DNA of 64,000 nucleotides, taken from positions 1,088,001 through 1,152,000 of the forward strand of contig OZ241329.1 of assembly GCA_965199825.1 (NCBI GenBank), written 5' to 3'. Source of the stretch: Bdellovibrionales bacterium. GTDB lineage: Bacteria; Bdellovibrionota; Bdellovibrionia; Bdellovibrionales; UBA1609. A model generated the notes under the pieces. That model was not told where the DNA came from. It worked only from the letters and a program-made list of their open reading frames with translations, and did no database searches. Position numbers and translations under genes: made by a program. Shown one piece after another: positions 9,685 to 18,144 of the stretch (its first letter is position 1; every line of letters begins with the position of its first letter).

Positions 9685-12600
9685 TTAGCGTTTTTTATTT
9701 TTGCCGTAGAGGTCTTTCATCGCTTGAAAAATCGATCCTTCATCAGGATTTAATTGGGTAAAATCAAACCAGCTTATTTGATTGCTGAGATCACGGATAG
9801 CTTGCGAAAATTCGCCCGTACCCCACGTTCCGCTTGACCACTCAACATAGCCCATATGCTGGACGATTTCTGAGAGAGAATTCATCGCATTGATTGTTGC
9901 TGCAGTATCAAAGGATCCACTATCGCCAGCTCCATAAACAAATTTGTTAGAGTTTTGATATTTTTGGTCGGCCAAGATTTCGCCGGCTTTGATGTATCCT
10001 TTTGAATCTGTATTCCCACCGCCTAAAAATGTGTCCCAGATTTTAGGCTCAAAATACTCATAAGCATTGTCGTCAAATCCAACAAATCTCACATCCACAT
10101 CTTTATACTTCGCGCGAATAAAGCTCACGATTTGATAAATTAACTGCTTCACCCTTTGCTGAGGAAGGCCCTTCATGCTTCCAGTCAAATCTAAAACAAA
10201 AACAACCACCGCCGACATTTCGGGATGAGGAATGATCTCACGAGATCGAATAAAATATTCTTCCATGGGCATCGTTTTAAATCCGAGTTTCATAATCCTA
10301 CGGATTTCCCCAATTCGATTTTGAGGCGGCGAACTGTTTGGCTCCATTTTGTCTCGAGCAAGACCCCACATGAAAGCTTCTTCGGCTGTTCTATCCATTA
10401 CCATTGGATCGCCTTCTCGTTGAACCGAGCCGGCACGCGAATCATCCATAATAAAGCTTTTATCTCCAATTGGACGGAGATTTGGTAGCTCAAGCTCCTG
10501 GTGAAGAAGCTTGCCCCATTCTTCAAGGGGGATCTCAACTTCAGATGGATCTTTACCAGCACCGTCGAACTTGTCTGGTTTTTCTTCTGATTCTTTTACT
10601 TCATCCGCATCCTTCTCGGCAGATTCATCGTCGGATTTTTCTGCTTCATCTTCCGATTTTTCTTGTGAGCTTTTTCCTTTTTTACCTGACTTTTTATCAT
10701 CAACCAGATCTCCAGGAATATGAGTACCGGTACCAAGTTCAACCCCATCATCTTGATCGATAGGACCGTTCTTATCGTAGTCATCATCAACGGGGGCAGG
10801 CGGCAAATCTTTAATTTTTTGTTGTCGTGCTGAAAGGTCCAAAGAAAATTCAGGTATGATCGGAAGAACTCGAAGCGCCACGCCTTTTGCAGTTGTGCGA
10901 ATGCCTTGTCCCTTTTCTAATGCGCGACGAATTGCCCGAGGGATCCGAACCTCTAAAGATTTAGCCAACTCCACCATTGCCGCCGCGGCGGTTGGCGAAT
11001 GTGAAATGGTTGAGGTTGCGGGTTCAACAACGCTGCTCACTATCGCTGCAACTGCATCTTTGTTTCTTGCTTCAAAAATTTTAAGTAAATCATCGTTCAA
11101 CGAAGAGTCGAGATCCTCTCTGTAATAGTCGATTGCTGCTTTACTGAGTTTGGTGAGATCTTCATACATTTTTCCAGAAACCGGATCAGTAACGATCGCA
11201 TTTCCAGCAGGATCGACAGTGATACGAATAGGGAAAGTGGAAATTTCAGCGGGTGGCGGAGGTGGACCAAAAAATGTGGCAAAATGTTTTGGTGGAGGAA
11301 CACCCCATGCTGAAGATCCTATGGTGTCGAGCGAAACTTGCTTTTTCCATAGTTTAGCAAAAACAAAAAGTGTTTGGGCCGCCGTAATTCGAGCTAAAGG
11401 AATGTCTTCAAACACTTCATGTTTATATAAAACTTCTGTGCCACCCAAATGCTGCTCGTCGTACAAATGAATTCGCGGGACCTGAAGTGGGCGGTAGGCA
11501 ATCTGCCGCGCAATGAATTTTAGGATGCGCTCATGATTATTAAAATTAGAAAGTATAATTTTCTTCTCTTTATATTCGGTATTGCCAACGGGTACGTCGT
11601 CGATTTCTGCTTTACGCTTTAATACTAATTTGTTTCGAGCAATCCAATTACGATCAAATGCTTGACGAATAAATTTTGTGTTATCCGATTGCTCAATCAT
11701 TGGCATAAGCACTTGAGTGACAAACTTTCGATCGCGCTCAAATGGAGTAAATTCTTTGAGTTCCGGTTTTAAAATAAATTGAGTCCACATATTCCAACAT
11801 CCGTTAAGGCCCACCCAATAAGGATTTTTAAGGTCTGGAATCGCAACGTTTTGAATAAGATTGGCAAGATCAACGATGTCATTAGAGGTGATATATTTAG
11901 AATGTCGCGCAATTAAAAATTGCGAAAAGGTTGCAACACCTTCGTTTAAAATCTTTGTATGCATCATAAATCCATCAGATCTACGAATTTGCTCGATCAA
12001 ATCGGCCATTTGATGAACCCAAGGAGGAAAATCCTTGGGCATATTTCCAACATAATATTGTATTGCGCTTGGGGTTGGTGATGTAGGCTTTCTGATTCCT
12101 TTTTTTGGATCAGGATCTTTGATGTTTTTAAAACTTTCGGGCGATTGATAGCTGCCCATCGCAAGGTCTTGCATGTGTGCCATGCTCAGCAGAAGTTGAT
12201 AATAGTATTTTACAAACTCTGGATCATACTTATCGTAGAGCTCAGACATCAGATGTGAAAGTTTGAGGCTCGCAACCACAGCATCGCCACCACGGACGGC
12301 TTGATACATAGATGTCCCAGCCACAAGATTATGTCCAAGCACGTGCATCATCACAGAAATATTATGACTGACTTTTGTATTGTCACGATAGAAGCCTCGG
12401 CAGGTTGGGCAGCCTGGAGTTACAAATTCTAAAACACCCGCTAAGGTTTTGCGGCCGTCTAAAATCTTTTTTCCTTCAATCTCATGTGGAGCGGCGTACC
12501 CTCCGACGGAAGCAAGCTCAGAAATTTGCTCCGAGCTTGCAAAATTTAATTGATGTGGTGGAAGGTTGAATCCAAGATTAAGCGCGATTTGGGTGACATG

Positions 12601-12777
12601 TTCTAAGGCGGCTTTCAATTCAGGTATTGAATGAGCATCGCGCCCGCTTGGAATAATTTGGTCGCTGGCATTTTTGTCTAATATGGCTTCGCACACGCGC
12701 TGTCGAAGTTGATGGTCATCTAAATAATTTGGTTCCACGGCATAAACAAAACTTAAAAATAAAAGAAACACGATCAT
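9685..12777 (-). CDS. SpoVR(YcgB)-YeaH(DUF444, vWA) fusion protein with N-terminal signal peptide
   Basis: SpoVR motifs: LGFNLPP, LEFVTPG..., HVLGH, TKILNEG, NPYWVG, VPRI. YeaH motifs: EVEIPLEEW..LHQELELPNL, AVVVFVLDLTGSM (MIDAS-like), KYKDVDVRFV. N-terminus MIVFLLFLSFVYA. Confidence 0.85.
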   Translation of the reverse strand: MIVFLLFLSFVYAVEPNYLDDHQLRQRVCEAILDKNASDQIIPSGRDAHSIPELKAALEHVTQIALNLGFNLPPHQLNFASSEQISELASVGGYAAPHEIEGKKILDGRKTLAGVLEFVTPGCPTCRGFYRDNTKVSHNISVMMHVLGHNLVAGTSMYQAVRGGDAVVASLKLSHLMSELYDKYDPEFVKYYYQLLLSMAHMQDLAMGSYQSPESFKNIKDPDPKKGIRKPTSPTPSAIQYYVGNMPKDFPPWVHQMADLIEQIRRSDGFMMHTKILNEGVATFSQFLIARHSKYITSNDIVDLANLIQNVAIPDLKNPYWVGLNGCWNMWTQFILKPELKEFTPFERDRKFVTQVLMPMIEQSDNTKFIRQAFDRNWIARNKLVLKRKAEIDDVPVGNTEYKEKKIILSNFNNHERILKFIARQIAYRPLQVPRIHLYDEQHLGGTEVLYKHEVFEDIPLARITAAQTLFVFAKLWKKQVSLDTIGSSAWGVPPPKHFATFFGPPPPPAEISTFPIRITVDPAGNAIVTDPVSGKMYEDLTKLSKAAIDYYREDLDSSLNDDLLKIFEARNKDAVAAIVSSVVEPATSTISHSPTAAAAMVELAKSLEVRIPRAIRRALEKGQGIRTTAKGVALRVLPIIPEFSLDLSARQQKIKDLPPAPVDDDYDKNGPIDQDDGVELGTGTHIPGDLVDDKKSGKKGKSSQEKSEDEAEKSDDESAEKDADEVKESEEKPDKFDGAGKDPSEVEIPLEEWGKLLHQELELPNLRPIGDKSFIMDDSRAGSVQREGDPMVMDRTAEEAFMWGLARDKMEPNSSPPQNRIGEIRRIMKLGFKTMPMEEYFIRSREIIPHPEMSAVVVFVLDLTGSMKGLPQQRVKQLIYQIVSFIRAKYKDVDVRFVGFDDNAYEYFEPKIWDTFLGGGNTDSKGYIKAGEILADQKYQNSNKFVYGAGDSGSFDTAATINAMNSLSEIVQHMGYVEWSSGTWGTGEFSQAIRDLSNQISWFDFTQLNPDEGSIFQAMKDLYGKNKKR

Positions 12778-12783
12778 CGATGT

Positions 12784-15700
12784 TTATCCTCCGTGAACTA
12801 TAAGCATTTTTTCGCAAGAATCGTTAAAGCGTGTATTCACCCGTTCCATGGCCTCATTGCTCAAGGCTTTTCGGGAATCAGAAGTGATGAGCATCTGATC
12901 TAAAAGATCGATTGTTCGTGGGCGAAGTAACGAGTTGCGATCTTCAAATAAAAAATCTTGTAGTCCTGAAAGTTGACCAATCACCATATTTTGAGCGGAG
13001 GTACTTAAAGCTTTTATGACAAACTCGTTAAGATTCGACCAAGGGAGAGTTACGATTGCGCGGTCAATGATCCACAAGAACATTCTGTTGGCGTCGTAAA
13101 CTCCTAAACTTTCAACATTTGCACCGGTCTGCTTTTCTGCAATGGATTCACTCTGTGTCTCAATTAAATAGGATTGAAGCAGTTCGGCAAGCTTGCGAAA
13201 GATGTCTTTAGTGCGATCGGTTTTTTGAGCCGACATCGAGCGTGCCCAGATATCGTCTGCTGGGAAAGATTTAAGTGACCCGAGCTGAAAGCGCTCAGTT
13301 AAGTAGACAGCCAATAAGTCTTTTACTTTTTCGACATATAAAGAATTGAGCTGTGAACGCGTGCGTTTTTGTGAGGACACATAGCTACTATCCCAAAGCG
13401 AAAGATATTGATTAAAATCATAGGACGAGAAAATTTTAGGAAAATAACTCTCCCTCGGTGCAATTTCATAAATACGATTCAAAAGATCTTTTCTTTCGAG
13501 TTCGGAGTGAGCACCAAAATGCAATGGATCTAAATTTATTTGGGATAGCGGTATGTTCGAATGAAGGCGAACAACGTGATCATAAATAGCCTGTTCGCTC
13601 CACGCTAATAAATTGCTTTGCCGAATTTCATCACCCGAAAAAAATGGATGAAACCGCAAGGCCCGTGCAAATTCCTCATAAATTTTTGTCCTAAAGGACT
13701 GAGCCACCAATTTTAAAAATTGCAGTTGGCCTTCAATACTTTCGACTACAGGCACGACCGCTGAATTCGCAGCTATGAAATCAATGATTCCCTGCTCACC
13801 ACTGACGTTGGCCGATTTGCTGCCACCGAGATGGCTATTATTTGCTGAAGTCGCAGGGACCACAATACGGAGCGGAGGTGCGTTGGTCGATCCCGCTCGA
13901 TCTATTAAAGCTGCAATTCCCCCGGCAGCACCCGACAAAAATGTTCGCGCATCCATTCCTTGAAATTCATCAACAATTTTCTGAACACTTTCATTCGACA
14001 CCAGGAGCAGTTGACCCTGAGCAAAAATATCTCGGGCTTGTCGCACCATTGCGCCAGTCAGCGCTGGGCCTTTGGCTTCAGCAGGAAATTCATCCATGTT
14101 TTTGATCAAGGTCCAACGTGTAAAGAAAGATTTGTCTGTACTCGCTGCATCCTCGCCGCCAAGTGAGGCGACTGCAATTTCAACAGGGGTTGCTGCTCCA
14201 TACGTTGAATTTTTGAATTGTTCGATTTTTTTCTTATTGTCGGTGGGATTAAAAGTTAAAAATAGTACGATATTGCGTGAAGGAAACTCAACGATCTCTC
14301 CTTTTGAATTGTTCACTTTTACGATGCCACCTTCGGCATCAAAAAGCTGTCGCACTCGTTGTAATACCTTTGTTCGCACTTTGGGATTAGGACCCTGGGC
14401 ATCATCTATAAGAATCCACATTCGATTTCCGTTTGGACCTGATAGAGCATCTTCAAAACGGGCGAGAGCTTTATCCACATTAATAAGCCCATTGCCGCTT
14501 TCACTGTCTGTAAGCTTGGTGACCTGAAGTATAAACGCCTGTGCAGAAAGATTATTTGAAGAGCCAAGCTCTTGAGTCCAATCATACATCTGTAAGCCCA
14601 GGGTCTTCACCAGCGATGTAAACATCGACGTCTTTCCAGTACCCGTCTCGCCAAATAAAACAACTGAGGCTGGTATATTGCGAGCCTCGATTCGACGAGT
14701 TTGCCCTTTAATGGTTTCAATCACCTGTCGGGTTAAAGTGAAATCTCCTGCGTACTCACCAATGTTATGAACATCGAGCAAAATTTCTTTTGAAAACAAA
14801 TGATTGAGCCAATCATCTGGAGCCAAATTTTCGCGCTGGAGTGATCCGCCAAAGACTTGAGCCAAAACTTTTTCGATAAAAATCCGGTCGATGAGTTTTC
14901 GGTTACGAGTTTGATCATCTTGCAGCAAGGTTAATCGCATTTTGTGCAGAACATCTGCTAAGGCCATCAAATGATTTTTATTTTGATCAGTCGACAGAGA
15001 GTTGACGCGTGAAATGAGATAATCAGTGACGCTATCTTGAGCTTCAAGTTGGGTGAGTGAGGCATCATCTGACCGGATCGACTTTGCGCTAAACGTATAA
15101 TCGCGACGTTGAACTTCTCGCGAATTAAAAATTTCTTTTATAAGCCCTTGTTGAGCTTCGATGTTTGGAGCGGTTATAGTAACCAACTCAAAATGGCTTA
15201 CGAGCCCATAACTCGATTCAAGTCGTGCTTGTTCTTTTATCAGATTTGCCCACTCTGATTCTGATGCAAGAATAATTGTCGAATACAATTGGGGTTGGGC
15301 TTGAGTCGCAAATTTTTCGATATCTATTCTGCGACCTTCAGTCGCCACCCAGTACAGAGCATGCGGAGGAGTTTTTGAGCTCTCGCCATGAGCACCAGAA
15401 AAAACTTTTTCAGCCTTAGCATCGTCACTGTATTGATCATCATTAATGTGAAACACCGTTGAACTGTCATTTTCACCAGAGCTGATGCGATTCATAGCTA
15501 TAAGGTCCGCAGCATCCACTAGCAGTATCGCATTTTTTCTGGGTGCTTCGTCTTCAATTCCATTGAGCAACTGGATCAAGTCGGCTTGATCGGAAGGGTC
15601 GGTGTTGCGAAAGACGAAAGTTTCAATGTCCCTATTTCTGCGTCCAAAGATATTTCTTTCTCCCTTTGATTGAAGGTAATGAGACCAAAGCATTTTTGAA

Positions 15701-18135
15701 AAATAAGTTTTGAGTTCGTCGGGTACTAATAAAACTTTATGGTGATAACGTCGAACGTGTTGATCGCCTGCGGTTTCGGCGGCAACAAAATCGAGCTGAT
15801 CAATAAAACTCGGAAACAGCATTCCCTTTAGGTTAGACACACCCTTTTCTAGAATATCCTTAATCTGTTTTATCGCTTTCAAATGATTTCGAATGATTCG
15901 CCAATTATATGAAAAGGGCTGCATCTTTGAATTTTTATCAGGCTGTACTTTAGCATCGTAATAGGACAAAAATTTAAGTCTTTTTGGGCCAATCATTTTA
16001 CCTGGATTAATGGTTCGACCATCAGCCAAATTAATAGCTTGGTAATTCAAATCGTCATAATCGAGGTCGGGTGTTAAATTGAAATAAGCCTGACCATCTT
16101 GATCGTAAATGATTCTATCGTAGAGCTCTTTAATCGAACCTGTTTCAGGCAGCTTAATTGACTCTCTAGGAGTTGCTTTAGCGGTATTCCGCTTTTCGGC
16201 TTCGCCGAAGCCTATAAAAAAAGTGGTTGCCGTGGTCGTTTTCTGTCCTGAGGCATCGGTCAATGCTCGAAAAACGGTAAAATTCGAAGTCGTCTTCAAT
16301 CCGGGAATCAAACCGATATAAGTAATATCTTTGATGTCTCCGTGAAATGAAATCTCGTTAGCTTGAGGTGGAAAGAAATCAGCCGCATCGCTCACGCAAA
16401 TCACATTGGCGGTGGAAGAATTTTTACCATCCAAAAAATTTTTATCCGAAACAGTAACTGTGATCCTGATTTTACCAAAAGCTAAAGTCTCTAGAAGTTC
16501 CTCGGCCCAAACTATATTTGCTTTATAGGGAAGTGCCTCACCAGGAACATATATGTTTGAATTTGTACTCCCAATATATAAACCGGTCTTTTTCTTGGTC
16601 GCATTTTTTTTGTCATTATAGAGTTTGTAGACAATCTTATCGCCAATCGTAGTGGTTTCTAATGGTCTAACGTATTGATGCTGGAGACCCGAAGAATTAC
16701 TTTTGGTTAAATCGATGTGCAAAATTGTATTGTCATAAGATTGAACATATCCCTCGGCCGTCAGCTGCTCCATCTGCGGCGTGATCTCATCAAAAAGAAT
16801 GTTGTCTTCGTCTCCATGGTGAGTACGAAAGCTCAGTTCATTCATCGGATAAAAATAGCTATTTATTTTGATTGGAGGTTCGAGTTGAAAATAATTAGAA
16901 ATATTTCGAAATTTATAGAGGGTAGTAGTTTTTTGATTTGCTGTGGTTTTTTGTGAAATCAAAAGAAGATGCTCAGTTTCCTTCGGCTCAAAGAGAACAA
17001 AGGAGAGTTGATCAAGGTGAATATTTCTATCGAAAGTTAAAATTTTATCAATTTTGCCGCTAACGACAGACACAAAAAAAAGAGAATTGTTAATAGATAT
17101 CAGCGCATGGTTGCTATTGCTGCTTGAGGTAAAAATAAGCGGGGTATTTTCTGTGAAGTGTCGGTCTACGCGACCGGGCATAAGCTCTGATGTGTGATCC
17201 GATTTGACCTCAACGTAGTCATCACCAAAAGGATCGAAATATTGTGTAATTTTGAATTCTTTTAAGCTGAAGATCTTTTCAGAAGGAAGAGTAATGAGCC
17301 TTTTCTTGCCGCTTTTTAAGTCGTATCCGGGCTGAGATTCTCGCGAACTTAACAACGAATTTTGACCTGCTCGAAGATCAGATTTCCATTTTTTTAATAC
17401 CGCAGGGTCTTTGGCGTCTTCTCGAGACAAACTGCGACTGAGTGAATCAGATAGTGCAATCGTACCATGATCTTTTGATTTGACCAGAAGCCGTGAAAGG
17501 GCTGGTGATGATCTAAATGTGTAGTCTAAAACGAGAGGTCTGTTTTCAAGTTCGATATTTGGATCTGAAGTAATTTTAGGATATTTGAGATTAACAAAAA
17601 AAGTAAGACCATCTCCGCGAATCGATGGATAACGCAGCGAAAAAATAAGAACATGATTATTTTCATTTTCTATTTTGCTTACCGAATACGAAACGTCATC
17701 AAGATTTCTTATCGCCGGAACTTCAACATCCTCGTTGGTGACTGGATCAAATAATTTCACTCCATCATGGGGACTTAGCTGTATAAATGTTTTTGGATCA
17801 GCAGGATTGGTATAGACCGAATAAAAAGTGAGATATCCATCTAAGATTGCCAACGAGTCATATCGTGCAGAGGCTTCGCCGAGCTGAAACTCATCAAAAA
17901 TAGGACCTCTAAAACGATCAATTAAAAGTTGACCAAACAAAATGGGTTGATATGAAGTACTGTCTTTAGCTCGGACATAGAGTCCCGCCTGCCGTTGAGA
18001 CGATCCGTCTGGATCAGACACAACAGCGAGGTAAGGCGTTGCTCCCACTTGATTGGAGTGAATCACTTCCTCGCGAGTTTGTGCCAACAATTGAGATGTG
18101 CTCAACAATAAAAGAGATGTAAGAAGCCCTTTCAA
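12784..18135 (-). CDS. Giant Clp/Hsp100-like AAA+ protein (1783 aa) with signal peptide, large N-terminal domain, degenerate NBD1 and recognisable NBD2
   Basis: Walker A GETGTGKT (14629-14652), Walker B WILIDD, and QLFD..G...VEF..RNIVLFLTFN resemble ClpB NBD2. The upstream IILASESEW...HFELVTITAPNIE resembles the NBD1 tail. N-terminus MKGLLTSLLLLSTSQLLA. Confidence 0.7.
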   Translation of the reverse strand: MKGLLTSLLLLSTSQLLAQTREEVIHSNQVGATPYLAVVSDPDGSSQRQAGLYVRAKDSTSYQPILFGQLLIDRFRGPIFDEFQLGEASARYDSLAILDGYLTFYSVYTNPADPKTFIQLSPHDGVKLFDPVTNEDVEVPAIRNLDDVSYSVSKIENENNHVLIFSLRYPSIRGDGLTFFVNLKYPKITSDPNIELENRPLVLDYTFRSSPALSRLLVKSKDHGTIALSDSLSRSLSREDAKDPAVLKKWKSDLRAGQNSLLSSRESQPGYDLKSGKKRLITLPSEKIFSLKEFKITQYFDPFGDDYVEVKSDHTSELMPGRVDRHFTENTPLIFTSSSNSNHALISINNSLFFVSVVSGKIDKILTFDRNIHLDQLSFVLFEPKETEHLLLISQKTTANQKTTTLYKFRNISNYFQLEPPIKINSYFYPMNELSFRTHHGDEDNILFDEITPQMEQLTAEGYVQSYDNTILHIDLTKSNSSGLQHQYVRPLETTTIGDKIVYKLYNDKKNATKKKTGLYIGSTNSNIYVPGEALPYKANIVWAEELLETLAFGKIRITVTVSDKNFLDGKNSSTANVICVSDAADFFPPQANEISFHGDIKDITYIGLIPGLKTTSNFTVFRALTDASGQKTTTATTFFIGFGEAEKRNTAKATPRESIKLPETGSIKELYDRIIYDQDGQAYFNLTPDLDYDDLNYQAINLADGRTINPGKMIGPKRLKFLSYYDAKVQPDKNSKMQPFSYNWRIIRNHLKAIKQIKDILEKGVSNLKGMLFPSFIDQLDFVAAETAGDQHVRRYHHKVLLVPDELKTYFSKMLWSHYLQSKGERNIFGRRNRDIETFVFRNTDPSDQADLIQLLNGIEDEAPRKNAILLVDAADLIAMNRISSGENDSSTVFHINDDQYSDDAKAEKVFSGAHGESSKTPPHALYWVATEGRRIDIEKFATQAQPQLYSTIILASESEWANLIKEQARLESSYGLVSHFELVTITAPNIEAQQGLIKEIFNSREVQRRDYTFSAKSIRSDDASLTQLEAQDSVTDYLISRVNSLSTDQNKNHLMALADVLHKMRLTLLQDDQTRNRKLIDRIFIEKVLAQVFGGSLQRENLAPDDWLNHLFSKEILLDVHNIGEYAGDFTLTRQVIETIKGQTRRIEARNIPASVVLFGETGTGKTSMFTSLVKTLGLQMYDWTQELGSSNNLSAQAFILQVTKLTDSESGNGLINVDKALARFEDALSGPNGNRMWILIDDAQGPNPKVRTKVLQRVRQLFDAEGGIVKVNNSKGEIVEFPSRNIVLFLTFNPTDNKKKIEQFKNSTYGAATPVEIAVASLGGEDAASTDKSFFTRWTLIKNMDEFPAEAKGPALTGAMVRQARDIFAQGQLLLVSNESVQKIVDEFQGMDARTFLSGAAGGIAALIDRAGSTNAPPLRIVVPATSANNSHLGGSKSANVSGEQGIIDFIAANSAVVPVVESIEGQLQFLKLVAQSFRTKIYEEFARALRFHPFFSGDEIRQSNLLAWSEQAIYDHVVRLHSNIPLSQINLDPLHFGAHSELERKDLLNRIYEIAPRESYFPKIFSSYDFNQYLSLWDSSYVSSQKRTRSQLNSLYVEKVKDLLAVYLTERFQLGSLKSFPADDIWARSMSAQKTDRTKDIFRKLAELLQSYLIETQSESIAEKQTGANVESLGVYDANRMFLWIIDRAIVTLPWSNLNEFVIKALSTSAQNMVIGQLSGLQDFLFEDRNSLLRPRTIDLLDQMLITSDSRKALSNEAMERVNTRFNDSCEKMLIVHGG

Positions 18136-18144
18136 AATTTCCCC

